Positions 24,700-37,979 of a DNA stretch of 64,000 bases are shown piece by piece. Made by a program: the position numbers and the translations under genes. The notes beneath the pieces were generated by a model. It made no database searches. It had not been told where the DNA came from and saw nothing but the letters and a program-made list of their open reading frames with translations. The stretch spans positions 46,660,202 through 46,724,201 of the forward strand of contig NC_068982.1 of assembly GCF_001194135.2 (NCBI RefSeq), read 5' to 3'. The stretch's first letter is position 1. The number at the start of each line of letters is the position of its first letter. The DNA is from Octopus bimaculoides. Lineage: Eukaryota.

Positions 24700-25092
24700 G
24701 TGAGAGAATATCTTGGTGCCACATAAAAAGCACTGGTGATAGTGCCACATAAAAAAAGCACTAGTGCTGGTAACACATAAAAGGCACTGGCAATGATGCC
24801 ATATAAAATGCACTGATGGCGGGGTGCCATATGAAAGGTACTGGTACTGATGCTATGTAAAAAGCACTGGTGACGATGTCAGGTAAAAAGCACTAGTGAT
24901 GATGCCAGGTAAAAAGCACTGGTGCTGGTTTCATATAAAAAGCACTCAGGATACTCTGTGAGGTGGTTGGCATTAGGAAGGGCAACTTGCTGTAGAAACC
25001 ATGCCAAAACAGACAAGGCTCCTCACCTTGCCAACCCCTGTCAAACGATCCAATCCATGTCTGCATGGAAAATGGATGTTAATCGATGATGG

Positions 25093-25125
<33 letters not shown>
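24700..25125 (+). mobile_element. RTE 3'-tail copy with expanded 21-22-bp internal repeats
   Basis: About 10 units of GGTG..GCCA.ATAAAAAGCACT, then GTGGTTGGCATTAGGAAGGGCA...CCATG...GGAAAATGGATGTT and (GAT)n. Other tail copies at about 20300, 26000, 35160, 36370, 40220, 45355, 48480, 49950 and 51215. Confidence 0.75.
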
Positions 25126-25126
<1 letters not shown>

Positions 25127-25935
25127 ATCAAAATTTCACAGATGAAGAGATTTTGACCGAAGTTATTGGAGCACACCCCATGTCTAATCAATGCATATAA
25201 ATATCAAACTTTGGGGAAGAAGTTTGTTAGCATGATGAATAAGGGGATATAAAAATAAAGTGTTCAGTTTTTCAACACTCTCTACTCAGCCTTACATGTT
25301 ATTTCCTTTTTGATTAATTATTCAAAAACATTGTCCTCTTCAAAGCACAAAATGCTTGTAATGGCCTCTCAAACACATTTACTTTTGATGTCATAAGGAT
25401 TTTATAAACTTTCGAGAGAATATGAAATAATTCTTTTATGGAACAATGAATCTTGAAGCACATAAAGCTATAAATAATAGCATGCAAACACTGGGTTGAA
25501 AAGCCCTTCAGCCTTCAACTTTCTCTGAGCAAAAGGGCTTTTTAATCCAATATTTACAAGGTATTATTTATAGTTTTATGTGCTTTGAGGTCCACAGTTC
25601 TGAAAAAGAAACATATTTTTATTTACAAGCTTTTAATTCTCTTTTGAATCTTTCTCAATTAGTTCATTCACTAGGTCATTCAAAAGACAAAATTGAATCA
25701 TTTTGCCTGTAGTAGCACAGAAAACGAAAATATAAAGCATATCCATAATATTTTGAAATTCATTTATAGAATCAGGCGCAGGCATGGCTGTGTGGTAAGA
25801 AGTTTGCTTCCCAACCACATGGTTCCAGGTTCAGTCTCACAGAGAGGCACCTTGGGCAAGTGTCTTCTACTATAGCCTCATGCTGACTAAAGCCTTGTGA
25901 GTGGATTTGGTTGATGGAACCTGAAAGAAGCCTGT

Positions 25936-25966
<31 letters not shown>

Positions 25967-26673
25967 GTTTGCGTGTGTGTGTACCATACTCTATGACTGG
26001 CACCACGCCAGTGGAGCACTAACAGCACTGTCGAGTGTGTTCATTGCCAGAGCAGCTGTCTGGCTTCCGTGCTAGCGGCCTGTAAATAGCACCATTTGAG
26101 CGTGATCATTACCAGCGTTGCCTTCTAGCACTTGTGCTGGGGGCACGTTAGAAAATCATTCGAGGGAGGTCGTTGCCAGTGCCACTGGACTAGCTCTCAT
26201 GCAGGTGGCATGTAAGAAACACCTTTTTGAGCATGGCCGTTGCCAGTACCGTGTGACTGGCCCTCGTGCCGGTGGCACGTAAAAGCACCCACTACATTCT
26301 TGGAGTGGTTGGCATTAGGAAGGGCATCCAGCTGTAGAAACTCTGCCAGATCAGATTGGAGCCTGGTGCAGCCTTCTGGCTCGCGAGTCTTCAGTCAAAT
26401 CGTCCAACCCATGCTAGCATGGAAAGTGGACGTTAAACAATGATGATGATGATGATATATATATATAATAAGGATTCTTGAGAAAATTGGGTACTTTTAA
26501 ATGGTAAGTACCAGGTAGGGCTGGATTAACCTGTGGTCACCACCTATGGTTAATTAAATATCCAGTAAAATATTCAGGTTGTGCACACAGAGAAAACCAC
26601 CCCCACGAGTATGCATAAGAAACAGCTGTAATGCACTGGCATTTATCTATCATCTGTTATTATTCATTTGCTA

Positions 26674-26707
<34 letters not shown>

Positions 26708-26725
26708 TTAAAATTCCTTATACAA

Positions 26726-26847
26726 GTCTAATTGTTATTACCATGATGAAAACACCTGCTCTCATCCGATCACCAAAGTTAAGTAACGCTGAGCCTAGTT
26801 AGTACTTAGATGAGTAACCACTTGGGAAACCTAGGTGCTGTAAATAT
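26726..26847 (+). pseudogene. 5S rRNA pseudogene or 5S-derived retroposon head
   Basis: About 120 nt collinear with invertebrate 5S rRNA (TGAAAACACC..CTC.TCCGATCACC.AAGTTAAG...GTTAGTACTT.GATG.GT.ACC...TGGGAA...GGTGCTGTA). It carries many transitions, several at former CpG sites and in box C. Single copy, not in a tandem array. Confidence 0.85.
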
Positions 26848-26854
26848 CTTTAGA

Positions 26855-27125
26855 AGGTGCATGGCTCAGTGGTTAGAGCGTCGGGCTCACAATCATGAGG
26901 CAGTGAATTAGATTCCAACAGTGGGTTCTATGTTATGTTTTTGAGCAAAACACCTTATTTTACATTACTCCAGTTCATTCAGCTGTAGAAATGAATTGTG
27001 ATGTCACTGTTGCCAAGCTGTATCAGCCTTTACCTTTCCCTTGGATAACATCGGTGGCATGGAGAGGGGAGGCTGCTAGTCTTCAATAAACAACCTTGCC
27101 CAGACTTGTGCCTGAAGGGGGTCTT
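26855..27125 (+). mobile_element. tRNA-headed SINE, family C (GGTGCATGGCTCAGTGGTTAGAGCG)
   Basis: Has an A-box head and a shared body. Other copies at about 17590-17910 (-), 52750-53020 (-) and 55737-56079 (+). Confidence 0.8.
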
Positions 27126-28454
27126 TACCTTTACATGACAGTTTATCATCAATTGGGAAACTTTTTAAAATGTTATTTTCTTAAGAATGTTAACAGTTTT
27201 AAAGTTAAAAAGTGAAAACCATTTTTCCCTCTGAGATTGCCGACAGATCTGTCCAGATTCTGATTAACATAACTTTAGAATCTTGATAATTTAAAGAAAT
27301 GACACTTAAAGAATATGAAGTGTACATGTCTTTCTCAAACAAAATCATAAATATTTGCAAAAGTGATTCTATCTAAGAAGGCAACTTTTGTGAAAACATT
27401 TAACAAATACTCTACTTTAATCAAAATATTTAAAAAAAATGTTTCTTTTTGCTTTTCTTTTTTTACTGCTGGTGCCTATCAAATATATGAAACTGAGGAG
27501 TCTTGTTTTGCAAGTTAGTCAGTGACCTCACTGCTGTTGGTGCCATGTAAAAAGCACCTAGTACACTGTGTAAAGTGGTTGGCACTGGGGTCTATGTAAT
27601 CAACTTGTACCCTCCCCCAAAATTGCTGGCCCTGTTCCCAAATTTGAAACTGATATTACACAAACAGTGCCATTAATTTCCAGTGTTTTGTGACATTGTC
27701 TGCATATGGGAAATATTATCCAGCTTGGAAAAGAAAACAAAGGTTGACAACAGGAAGGACATCTGGCATATAGAATCTACCTCATAAGGCGGCGAGCTGG
27801 CAGAAACGTTAGCACACCGGGCGAAATGCTTAGCAGTATTTCGTCTGACGCATAGTCATCAACATTATAAAACCCAACTTTAACAATAGTAATATTGTTA
27901 AACAAAAAGACAAGCTATTAGCAGAGTGGTGATACTAATGTATGATAAATAGTATTACATTTTACACATTTACTTGTTTCAGTCATTTTGACAGTGGCCA
28001 TGCTGGAGCACCACCTTTTAGTTGAAGAAATCAACCCCTGGACTTATTCTTTGTAAGCCTGCTACTTATTCTATTGGTCTCTTTTGCCGAACTGCTAAGT
28101 TAGGGGATGTAAACACACCAAGATCAGTTGTCAAGCACATACACAAACATAAGCATATATATATATATATATATATATACAACAGATTTCTTTCTGTCTC
28201 TGTCTACCAAATCCACTCACAAAGCTTTGGTTGGCCTGAGGCTATAGTAGAAAACACTTGCTCAAGGTGCCATGTAGTGGAACTGAAGCCAGAACCATGT
28301 GGTTGGGAAGCAAGCTTCTTACTACACAGCCATGCCTACACCTACGTTAGTTATTTTATAATTTCCAAAGTCTGATAGACCCATATAACCTGTAAAATTT
28401 TTCAGTTTGATAATGATATAATATTGGTTGTATATAAGAGGGCTTATGACTTGA

Positions 28455-28666
28455 CTATGTTCTATAAAAGCAGAAGAAGTCTCTCAGAGTTAGTGAATAA
28501 TTTGACCTAGAACCTCAAAAGATTTCTTTTCCATTTCATTTGCATGAGTGTAAGTCAAGAAATTGGGTGAGATATAGTATTGGTCGTACTTCAAATGACC
28601 AATACTGCATCAAATATTTAAATGGTTTCACTAACTCTGAGAGACTTCTGCTTTTATAGAACATAG
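28455..28666. mobile_element. Unclassified MITE with ~40-bp terminal inverted repeats
   Basis: CTATGTTCTATAAAAGCAGAA(GAA)GTCTCTCAGAGTTAGTGAA at 28455-28497 is the reverse complement of 28627-28666 apart from a 3-nt indel. Confidence 0.75.
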
Positions 28667-29474
28667 CTTTGATTATTGATTTAAGGTTTGCTAAGTTCTA
28701 AAACAACATTCAAAATGAAATTTTTTTACAAAGATATTGTGTTTATGTAGCAAAAAAAAAAAAGAAAAAGAAAAAAGAAAAAAAGTAGAAAAAGACATTG
28801 GAGGCGGGGGAGCAGAATAGTGTTTTTGCTGAAACAGAGTGAAAACAAACAAAATAATAGAATTGATTTTGCAAATTTTGATAAACGACTTTAAAAAGAA
28901 GCTAAGAGCAAGATTAGAAATGGTAAAATGACATTGAATACCATCACAGAAAGAACAGTCTGTGGAGAGAAAAGGTGGAGTAAAAGAAAGAAGAATGTTT
29001 TATCAATGGTCATGATGAAATTTTTATGTATGATCAGTTGCAACTTTTCTTCTTCGCAATCTCTAAATGATAGGCTTTCTGCAATGAAGTCTAAAAAGAA
29101 ACTACCAGCTACCCTCACAGCTAAAAATGATATACCACATTAACCACCCATTTTTAATTCTTAAATATGCACTGTGGCCATATTACAGATAAAATACTGA
29201 ATAAAAAACTGTATGATGAAACATACAAGATGAGGACAAAATGTACTTGTAGAGTAAGGATGTGTCTTATGTCAGAATGCATTTTATATGCTGACAAACA
29301 TGGTACACAAAACAAAATGGAAGCCTTTCTAATCTTTAAAAGTTTGCATTTTAGATTATTTCAAGTAGGATATTAATTACAAGTTGATTAAAGGCAGCTA
29401 GCAGAATTGTTAGCCTGCTGGTCAAAATGCTTAGTGGCTTTTAGTCCAGCTTTATGTTCTGGGTTCAAATTCCA

Positions 29475-29880
29475 TGAGTGGCTGTGTGGTAAGTAGCTTG
29501 CTTACCAGCCACGATTCCGGGTTCAGTCCAACTGCGTGGCACCTTGGGCAAGTGTCTTCTACTATAGCCTCAGGCCGACCAAAGCCTTGTGAGTGGATTT
29601 GGTAGACGGAAACTGAAAGAAGCCCGTCATATATATGTATATGTATATATATATATATGTGTGTGTGTTTGTGTGTCTGTGTTTGTCCCCCCAACATCGT
29701 TTGACAATTGATGCTGGTGTGTTTACGTCTCCGTAACCTAGCATTTTGGCAAAAGAGACTGATAGAATAAGTACTAAGCTTACAAAAAATAAGTCCTGGG
29801 GTTGATTTGCTCGACTAAAGGCGGTGCTCCAGCATGGCCAAAGTCAAATGACTGAAACAAGTAAAAGAGAGTAAAAGAGA
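29475..29880 (+). mobile_element. SINE family A inserted into a family-B SINE (29392-29995)
   Basis: The family-B head stops at TTCAAATTCCAT and resumes at GGTCAACATTGCCTTTCATCC after the complete A copy. Confidence 0.8.
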
Positions 29881-30612
29881 GGTCAACATTGCCTTTCATC
29901 CGTTTGGGGTCGATAAATTAAGTACCAGTAATCAACTGGTCCCCCACCACCAAAAAGAAAAATTTCAGGCTTCGTGTCTTTAGTAGAAAGGATTAATTAC
30001 AAGTTGATTAGAAAGTAAATAAAATTATATTTAATGCCATAATTATAAAAACCTACAAGAATTATATAATCTAATGATGAAATTTCTATATCATTGTTCA
30101 GTTTGCTTGAAAAGGATAAAGGATAAAGCATCCTTCTTGAGCCCTAGAGACTCATAAAGGTCAGTTTCCTGGTTTCCGTGGTGTATATATATATAGGCCT
30201 CCTGGATAGGATGCTAGCTCATTGCTGGGTTACTCATTTTTGCCAGCTGAGTGGACCGGAGCAACAGGAAATGAAGTGTTTTGCTCTCAGAAACACATGT
30301 TACCCGGCCCAGGAATCGAGACCACAATCTTAAAAAAGCAGCTTAATTTATCTCAAATTATATCCAACTGTCTTAGAATGATTTGATACATTGAAGTTTG
30401 TTGTCTTCAGTGTACAGTACTAAAGAAGAAAAAAAACAGGAAGTTCATAGCTGGAAATGCTTTTGATAATAGGTTTGTTCAATCATAACTTACCTGGGGA
30501 TATGCAACAACTACAACAACCACAACTACAACAACAAAAACGGCAACATAATTTTCAGAGACTGGTGCCAAAACACTTTGAAATGTCTAGAAAGTCTCTT
30601 TCTCTCTCTTAC

Positions 30613-30798
30613 CTGACCAATTCACTTCTAGCCTTGAAGGCTATTGTCTCCTGAAAGAGACTAGAGCTACTTTGGAAGAACGGATCGTATTTTTTTGATA
30701 CTTCACTTGGATAAATTCTCCGAAAGTTTCCAAGGTGGGTGGTTTCATAATTGTCAAGACTTTCCAAATATTTTTCATGAGCTTGTTCTTGCTCTTCC
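30613..30798 (-). CDS. TTLL6: TTLL6/13-like exon (YETTHLGNFRRIYP...SLFQET)
   Basis: Acceptor taattccAG|G completes the AA+G Lys codon. Encodes EEQEQAHEKYLESLDNYETTHLGNFRRIYPSEVSKKYDPFFQSSSSLFQETIAFKARSELV, matching the TTLL6 G.FR.IYP / SLFQ.T.A..AR block. Donor AG|GTAAGA, phase 2. Confidence 0.92.
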
Positions 30799-30989
30799 CT
30801 GGAATTACAACGAATTACAAAATCATAAGACATTAAATTTTTAAACACCTCTTGTTTCAACAGTTTTATTTCTGTTTTATTATGGGCTAATATACCCATG
30901 CTAACATGGAAGGTGGATATTAAACATTGATGATGATGGTGATATATACATATATATATGGACAGTTGACTTCAATAGACATGTTGGGT

Positions 30990-31730
30990 AGCATCTGATT
31001 GGCTTCTATGGAGTGTATAGAGGCTACAGAGCCAGTTCCCACAATGAGGAGTGAACCACACAGCTGGAGTTCTTTGATGCAAATGGCCTTATGATTTGCA
31101 GTACTAATGTCAAGAAACCAGTCAGTCACTTGTTCACCTATCAATCTGATGGATACACAAGCCAGATTGACTACATTCTCATCAGAAAGCAGGAAAGATG
31201 GTTGCTCATAAATTCAAAGTCTTTCCCAGATGAAGAGTGCACCCCTTAACATAGGTTAGTCGTCGGTGACTTCAGACTCAGGGGTAGACAGTAACTAAGA
31301 AGACAACCAATCTGGGAAAGAAAGATCTGGAGGCTTAAAAGTCCTCTAAATAGTCAGCGAATTAGAGACATTTTACCTGAAACATATGATAGGTAAAAGG
31401 GAGATATAGAGGATAACTGGAGGTTCCTAAGGGACAACTTAATGAAGATCACTGACCAAATTTGTGGCTGACGCAAAGTCCCTGCAAGACCTAAGGTAAC
31501 ATGGTGGTGGAACAATGTAATAGACAGGGACATTAGAGTGAAGAAATGGGCCAGGAAGGACTGGAAGATTGGTAGTAGCAGGGAACTATATCAGAAAGGA
31601 GGCTAGGAGATAGGTATATTTAACTAAGGGAGAAGCAGAAAGGAAGAAGTTTGTCAATGTTTTGCAGTGTGAGGACCAGATGTTTGAAGTGTTTGGGATT
31701 ACAAGAGTGTGTGAAAGAAAATCCTGACAT
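30990..31730 (+). mobile_element. Decayed RTE LINE, AP-endonuclease region
   Basis: Frameshifted ...LVTY..DG.TSQIDYILIRKQERWLLINSKSFP.EEC.P.HRLVVGDF, ending at a gap. An RTE-type 3' tail follows at about 31840-32330. Confidence 0.72.
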
Positions 31731-32949
31731 ATATATATANNNNNNNNNNNNNNNNNNNNNNNNNNNNNNNNNNNNNNNNNNNNNNNNNNNNNNNNNNNNN
31801 NNNNNNNNNNNNNNNNNNNNNNNNNNNNNNTATATATATTGGTGAGAAAGGATCTTCTGGCACTGGACCTCATAGAGGAGACTGAAGCACTGAGACCTCT
31901 GGCTGTTTGCTGTGCTTCAGAAGACATGTCAAGCTAAGTAAAACTGTGGTATGTCCTATACAGCCATGCCCTCCCCACTTGTCTCTCAGCCAAGATGTCC
32001 TTACCTTCTGACCTCACAGATGTTGGTGCCATGTAAAAAGCACACATGCGAGTGCTACATAAAAATACCCCTGCTGATGCTACACAAAAACATCCATACT
32101 GTACCATGCAAAAGCACTCATGCTGGTGCTACATAAAAGCACCCATGCCATGTATATGCACCCATTACATTCTGAAAAGAGAATAGTGTCAGAAAGGGCA
32201 TCCAGCTGTAGAAACCACGTCAAAATAGACAATCAACGCCCAAGAAGCTCTCCAGCTGGTCAGTCCCTGTCAAACCATCTAACCCATGCCAGCAAGGAAA
32301 ACGGATGTTAAATGAAAATGATGATGATGATATAAATATAAGTATGTATGTATGTATGTATGTATGTATTTATGTATTAGTGTATGTTGTTTTTTTGCAT
32401 TTGGTTGAGAAGCAGGCCTATATCTATGTACATGTAGGGGAGTAGAGGTGTGGTCACTTATAAGAGAAATGAAATTGAACTAGTGTGTGTTATTATTAGC
32501 ATAATGATCCTCCCTAGATATAACAAAATATGTGTGTGTGTGCGTGCATGTGTAAAATAGGCAAGGATTATGTACCCATGAGCCATGAATTTGATCAGTC
32601 AACCTTCAGTCAATAAGCTGGAAAGCAAGAGAATGATTCTAAGCTGTGGTAAGTTGACAGTTGTCACCTGTCATAGTTTGGGAGTATTCTCTCTGAAATT
32701 CTCAAAGGAGAATTTCAGTATGGGTCAATTAGAAGAAATTATTTTGTGCTTTTTATTTTTTAAGACTGGCATTGGATTGTGACTGATTTGGAGCTTCTAT
32801 GCCAGACAAATGCCACCAGACTTTAATTAATTTTTGAATTATTGGGCCAAATCTGACAACAATCATGAGAGGGTGATGACCTTTTACTTTTAATTTCAAA
32901 GCACTATAGTATTTTTCCAATGGTTATAACAGAATGAGCTGCCAAATTA

Positions 32950-33560
32950 ATACAGACAACCCTTGAAGGAGTTCTCTGTAAGCCCTATGTAATAAACTAA
33001 TGTGTTGCTAATGGGAACACTAGCATGGTTTACAAGGCATATCTCAAAGCATTTTTTCTTGAAGAAGCAAAACCATGTGTTTCAGTAACTGGTTATTTTT
33101 TCCATAAAGTTAATAATCAAGTACAGCAGATCATTAAGCAAGCTAAGAGATCCCTCCTTTTTAACATAGATGTTTGCTGGGTTAAGAAAGAAGGCACAGC
33201 TGATTTTAATATATATGTCATCGTCAGTAGATTTGATGATGGTAAAAATATATTATGTGAGCCAATGGGCTTCTCCCCACTCAGTGAACTACAGATTTCT
33301 TTTAATGGTATTAGTATGGCTCTGGACAGTGAAGTCAGGGTCATAAATTGAAAAAGAATGAGTGATTCCGCAGAAAAAAGATAATTGAAACATTCAACAA
33401 ATTCTACCTGAAGGTGACAGCTGAAGCAAACCTTAAAAATATTAATTCTCTGGATGTCACATGTAAACTTAGCCCTTAACTATATGAGGTATTCATTCAA
33501 GAATCCAAATGCCACTGCTTGTTGTACATCTGCACTCAATTGAACCAATGATTGAACACC
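32950..33560 (+). mobile_element. Heavily decayed Penelope-like reverse transcriptase fragment
   Basis: IIKQAKRSLLFN....WVKKEG..DF..., FDDG and ANLK.IN.LDVT resemble PLE-type RT blocks. Many stops and frameshifts. Confidence 0.5.
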
Positions 33561-34679
33561 ATCAAACACATGCCATGGAGCATCAGCAATAGGTTAAGTG
33601 AATTATCCTCTGACAGAGCCACATTCAATATGTTTATAAAGTACTAGAGTAAGGAACCACGACAGAGTTATGACCAAGAATGAATAAAAATACTCACCAA
33701 TACTACCTAGCAATTGCCCTAAAAACAATAGGAAAAGAAATCTTATATGGTATAATCTGCAATACAACACCTTTACAAAAACCAGAGTTGTAAAACATTT
33801 ACTCTTCCTGACTGGAAAACACTTCATAAATAGCCTTAGATTCCATAACCTGTCCTACAAAAATAGCATTAAGGTGAGTTACAGTTGCACGTAAAAATAC
33901 ATCTAATGTCATCAAGAGCCGAACTGCAAAAATGTAGGTGGCTTAATGTAGATCCTTGCTCCCCAACAGAGGGATAAATGCTGAGAGAAAAGAATTGTAT
34001 ATCAGGCTGATGTCTCAATCAGTAGACACCAACAAGCTACAGAGGGCTTATAGAGAACTCCTTCTAGAGTTGCCTACATTTGCATAACGACTCACTGAGT
34101 CATGAAGTAGCAAAAACACTTTCAAAGCATGTTTAGAAATGCAGAGACAAAGTAGAGACTACTAGTATCTCAAATGCAGTGTTAAATAAGGTACAGACAT
34201 TTTAAAAATTATGAAATTCCTGCTACTTATGTATCACAGAGAAACTCTACATCATCCGCCACTCTCTTCTTACCTTAAATAAAAAGAATAAAAAGAATTT
34301 TTACTTGGTGATAGATGCCCAAATTCCTTTTGAAATTCCTGAGGTATAAAAGATGACAACAGATAATTTACACTCTTGGACTATCTAGAGTTGTTGAATT
34401 ACTTTTCAATCTGATGACATGTATGGTTGAATGAAGGACAGATAGGAAAAAACTAGTTCCAGGTTATGCTGTCTTTGTTTGTCTCACATAAATTAATAGA
34501 TAAAAGTCTGTACACACCATCAACATAAATTTCTGTATATGTATGTACATATATATGTGTATAAGTATGAATGTATGCATGTATGCAAACATAAGCGTAC
34601 ATCACATGGCCTCAAGAGACACTAGAGCACAGGATGCAGTGGAAGATGATAAATACACAAGAGCTTCCATTGCACACTC

Positions 34680-34910
34680 AAGAAATAATGTCTCATTTCA
34701 GTTCAAACAACTTAAATTCCAAATGAGTCTTAGTTTTGCTATGACCCTCAACAAATTGCAAGGGCAATCATTTTTGGTTGCTGATTTACACCCCGAAGAG
34801 CTCTGCTTCACCTATGGTCAACTTTGTGTTGGATGTTCAAGAGTAGGAAGTAAGAAAAATTTTACATCAATGTACCAAATGGAAAAATAAAAAAAACTTT
34901 GTTTATCAAG
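34680..34910 (+). mobile_element. Helitron PIF1-like helicase C-terminal fragment
   Basis: FQFKQLKFQMSLSFAMTLNKLQGQS...EELCFTYGQLCVGCSRVGSKKN matches the Helitron F.MTINKSQGQS / CFSHGQLYV..SRV motifs. Confidence 0.8.
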
Positions 34911-35130
34911 ACATTATGAATTGCCACAAATAATGCAGAAATCTGCCATGTTCCAAGAGACTTAATCATCTGGGAAGACCTAGTCTGACATGGAATCGAT
35001 AAAATTGAAATCGATTCTATTGTAAAAATTGTTTGGCAATGATGGGCTATGATATAATGTGTGTGTGTGTGTATGTGTGTGTGCATGCATGCGCATACAC
35101 ATGTGCATGTGTATACATGTATATGATTGT

Positions 35131-35161
<31 letters not shown>

Positions 35162-35494
35162 TTCATCATCATCATCATTTAACCTTTGTTGTCCATGCTG
35201 GCATGGATTGTATGGTCTGACAAGAGCTGGCAAGCTGGGGAGTTGCACCAGACTCCAGTCTGATTTGGCATGGTTTCTAAGGCTGGATACCTTTCCTAAC
35301 ACCAACCACTTTACAGAGTGTGCAGGATGCTTTTACATGGCACTGCATGGGTACTTTTATGAGGCACAGCACAGGCACTTTAGGTGGCACTGTACACATG
35401 CTTTTACATGGTATTGCACAGGTGCTTTTACATGGCACCACCACATATATATATTTTTTTAGCGTGCTGGTGCCACTTGTAGCACCCTTAATTA

Positions 35495-35534
<40 letters not shown>

Positions 35535-36670
35535 NNNNNNNNNNNNNNNNNNNNNNNNNNNNNNNNNNNNNNNNNNNNNNNNNNNNNNNNNNNNNNNNNN
35601 NNNNNNNNNNNNNNNNNNNNNNNNNNNNNNNNNNNNNNNNNNNNNNNNNNNNNNNNNNNNNNNNNNNNNNNNNNNNNNNNNNNNNNNNNNNNNNNNNNNN
35701 NNNNNNNNNNNNNNNNNNNNNNNNNNNNNNNNNNNNNNNNNNNNNNNNNNNNNNNNNNNNNNNNNNNNNNNNNNNNNNNNNNNNNNNNNNNNNNNNNNNN
35801 NNNNNNNNNNNNNNNNNNNNNNNNNNNNNNNNNNNNNNNNNNNNNNNNNNNNNNNNNNNNNNNNNNNNNNNNNNNNATATATATATAAATATATATATAT
35901 ATACACATATATACATACATACAAATATATTTATGACTGAAAGCATATTGTGGAGTTTATATACTCAGATTTGAATGAAATGAATATGTTAATGGTACAG
36001 GTGACTGTGGAATACTCAGCTATCTATATGTTAATTTAGTAATTTAGGCAAGGTGGTGAGCTAGCAGAATCATTACCAAGCTGGAGAAAATGTTTAGCGG
36101 CATTTCTTCCAACTTTACATTCTGAGTTCAAATGCCACCAGGGTCAATTTTGCCTTTCAGAATCCTTTTGGGGTCAATAAAATATGTACCCGCTGAACAG
36201 TGGGGCTGATGTAATTGACTTATCCACTCCCTGAAATTGCTGGCCTTGTGCCAAAATTTGAAACCAGTTTAGTAATTCAGGAGCAGGTAATTCAATTGAT
36301 CAAACAACTGAGTCCTTGTCATCAAATGATAGAGACTCACCATCTTATCATCATCATCATCATCATCATTACTCCCCCCCACCACTACCATTTAACATCC
36401 ATTTTCTGTGCTGACAAGGATAGAACAGTTTGACAGGAAGTGGCGAGTCAGAAGACTGCTCCAGGCTCTGCTATCTGTTTTGGTATGGTTTCTATGGCAG
36501 GGTGCCTTTCCTAATGCTAATTGCCCTTCTCAACACCAACCACCATACAGAGTGTACTCGGTGCATTTTATGTGACACCAGCAGCAGTGAGATCACCAAG
36601 TAAACAGCAGAACAAGACACATCAATGGGGAGTAGTAGTATAAAGGGACAAGAATATTTTTGTGTATGTA

Positions 36671-36711
<41 letters not shown>

Positions 36712-37249
36712 GTGTGCATGTGAAGTGTAGCATTTGCTATTAAAACTCAATAATACTCCACCTCTATATTCTTTTTAAAATGACATTTCATATTTCTTTA
36801 TATTAGTTCACTGATATATAATCATACACAAGTCTTAGTACTTTACTCTAAAAATATAAGGGTACAAAAAAATGTGTGATTTATTTACTGTCTTGAAATT
36901 TGTAGCATGCACTAACACAGACACACAGACACAGACACAGACACACACACACAGAGACACAGACACACACACACACACTCACACACATATATATGCACGA
37001 TGGGCATCTTTCGGTTTCCGTCTTACAAATCCACTCAAAAAGCTTTGGTCGGCCCAAGGCTATAATAGTAGAAGACACTTGCCCAAAGTGTCACATTGTG
37101 GGACTGAATCAGGAACCATGAGGTTGGGAAACAGGCTTCTTACCACACAACCATGCCCGTGGTTATTGTTTGATTTCATTTTATTTTGTACTTTCTTTGT
37201 TTCAATGTATTATTCCTGATAGATCATATCTTATACAACATTCTGGACA

Positions 37250-37639
37250 TTGTTGTTGTTCTTGGCACTCCGCCGCTTACGACGTCGAGGGCTCCAGTCG
37301 ATCTGATCAACGGAACAGCCTGCTCGTGAAATTAACGTGCAAGTGGCTGAGCACTCCACAGACACGTGTACCCTTAATGTAGTTCTCAGGGATATTCAGC
37401 GTGACACAGTATGACAAGGCTGACCCTTTGAAATACAGGTACAACAGAAACAGGAAGAAAGAGTGAGAAAAAGTTTTGGTGAAAGAGTACAGCAGGGTTC
37501 GCCACCATCCCCTGCCGGAGCCTCGTGGAGCTTTAGGTGTTTTCGCTCAATAAACACTCACAACGCACGGTCTGGGAATTGAAACCGCGATCCTATGACC
37601 ACTAGTCCACTGCCCTAACCACTGGGCCATTGTGCCTCC
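37250..37639 (-). mobile_element. SINE family D, young full-length copy with a (CAA)n tail
   Basis: Reverse complement of 53134-53511, with many CpGs retained. Confidence 0.85.
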
Positions 37640-37797
37640 ATTCTGGACATCACATCAATGTCATCCTAAAAATTTCTTTTTCTCACAAAAAAAAGGAGAA
37701 TTTTCTAAATCTATATCAAGCTGTTATACATCGAACAAATTTATTTATCGGAGATAATTTGGCAAGAAACCTCAAAGAAAAGAAAAAAATTATATAC

Positions 37798-37979
37798 TTG
37801 GTTTCCTTTTTAACATTGCGGCCAAGTAGTCGATCTTTGACTCGCTTTCTTTCTTCTTCTGTACACTTCCGTCGATTTGAAGCACCAAAGTTTAAAAGAG
37901 CCAAAGTATCACCAACAAGAGTGCTCTTTATCTCCTTATCTAGAGCAGAATCAACATTGAAGCTTGGAGAGTGGTTCAC
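37798..37979 (-). CDS. TTLL6: TTLL6/13-like exon (VNHSPSF...)
   Basis: Acceptor ctttcttttAG then VNHSPSFNVDSALDKEIKSTLVGDTLALLNFG...EEERKRVKDRLL; it joins the previous exon in phase 0 to give the EVNHSPSF motif. Donor AA|GTATAT, phase 2. Confidence 0.93.

Noticed and set aside
28891-29118. Minus-strand ORF with a phase-compatible AG (RDCEEEKLQLII) as a TTLL exon
   Set aside because: No TTLL similarity and no good donor. The 19241 exon supplies the expected RQQRE continuation in the right phase.
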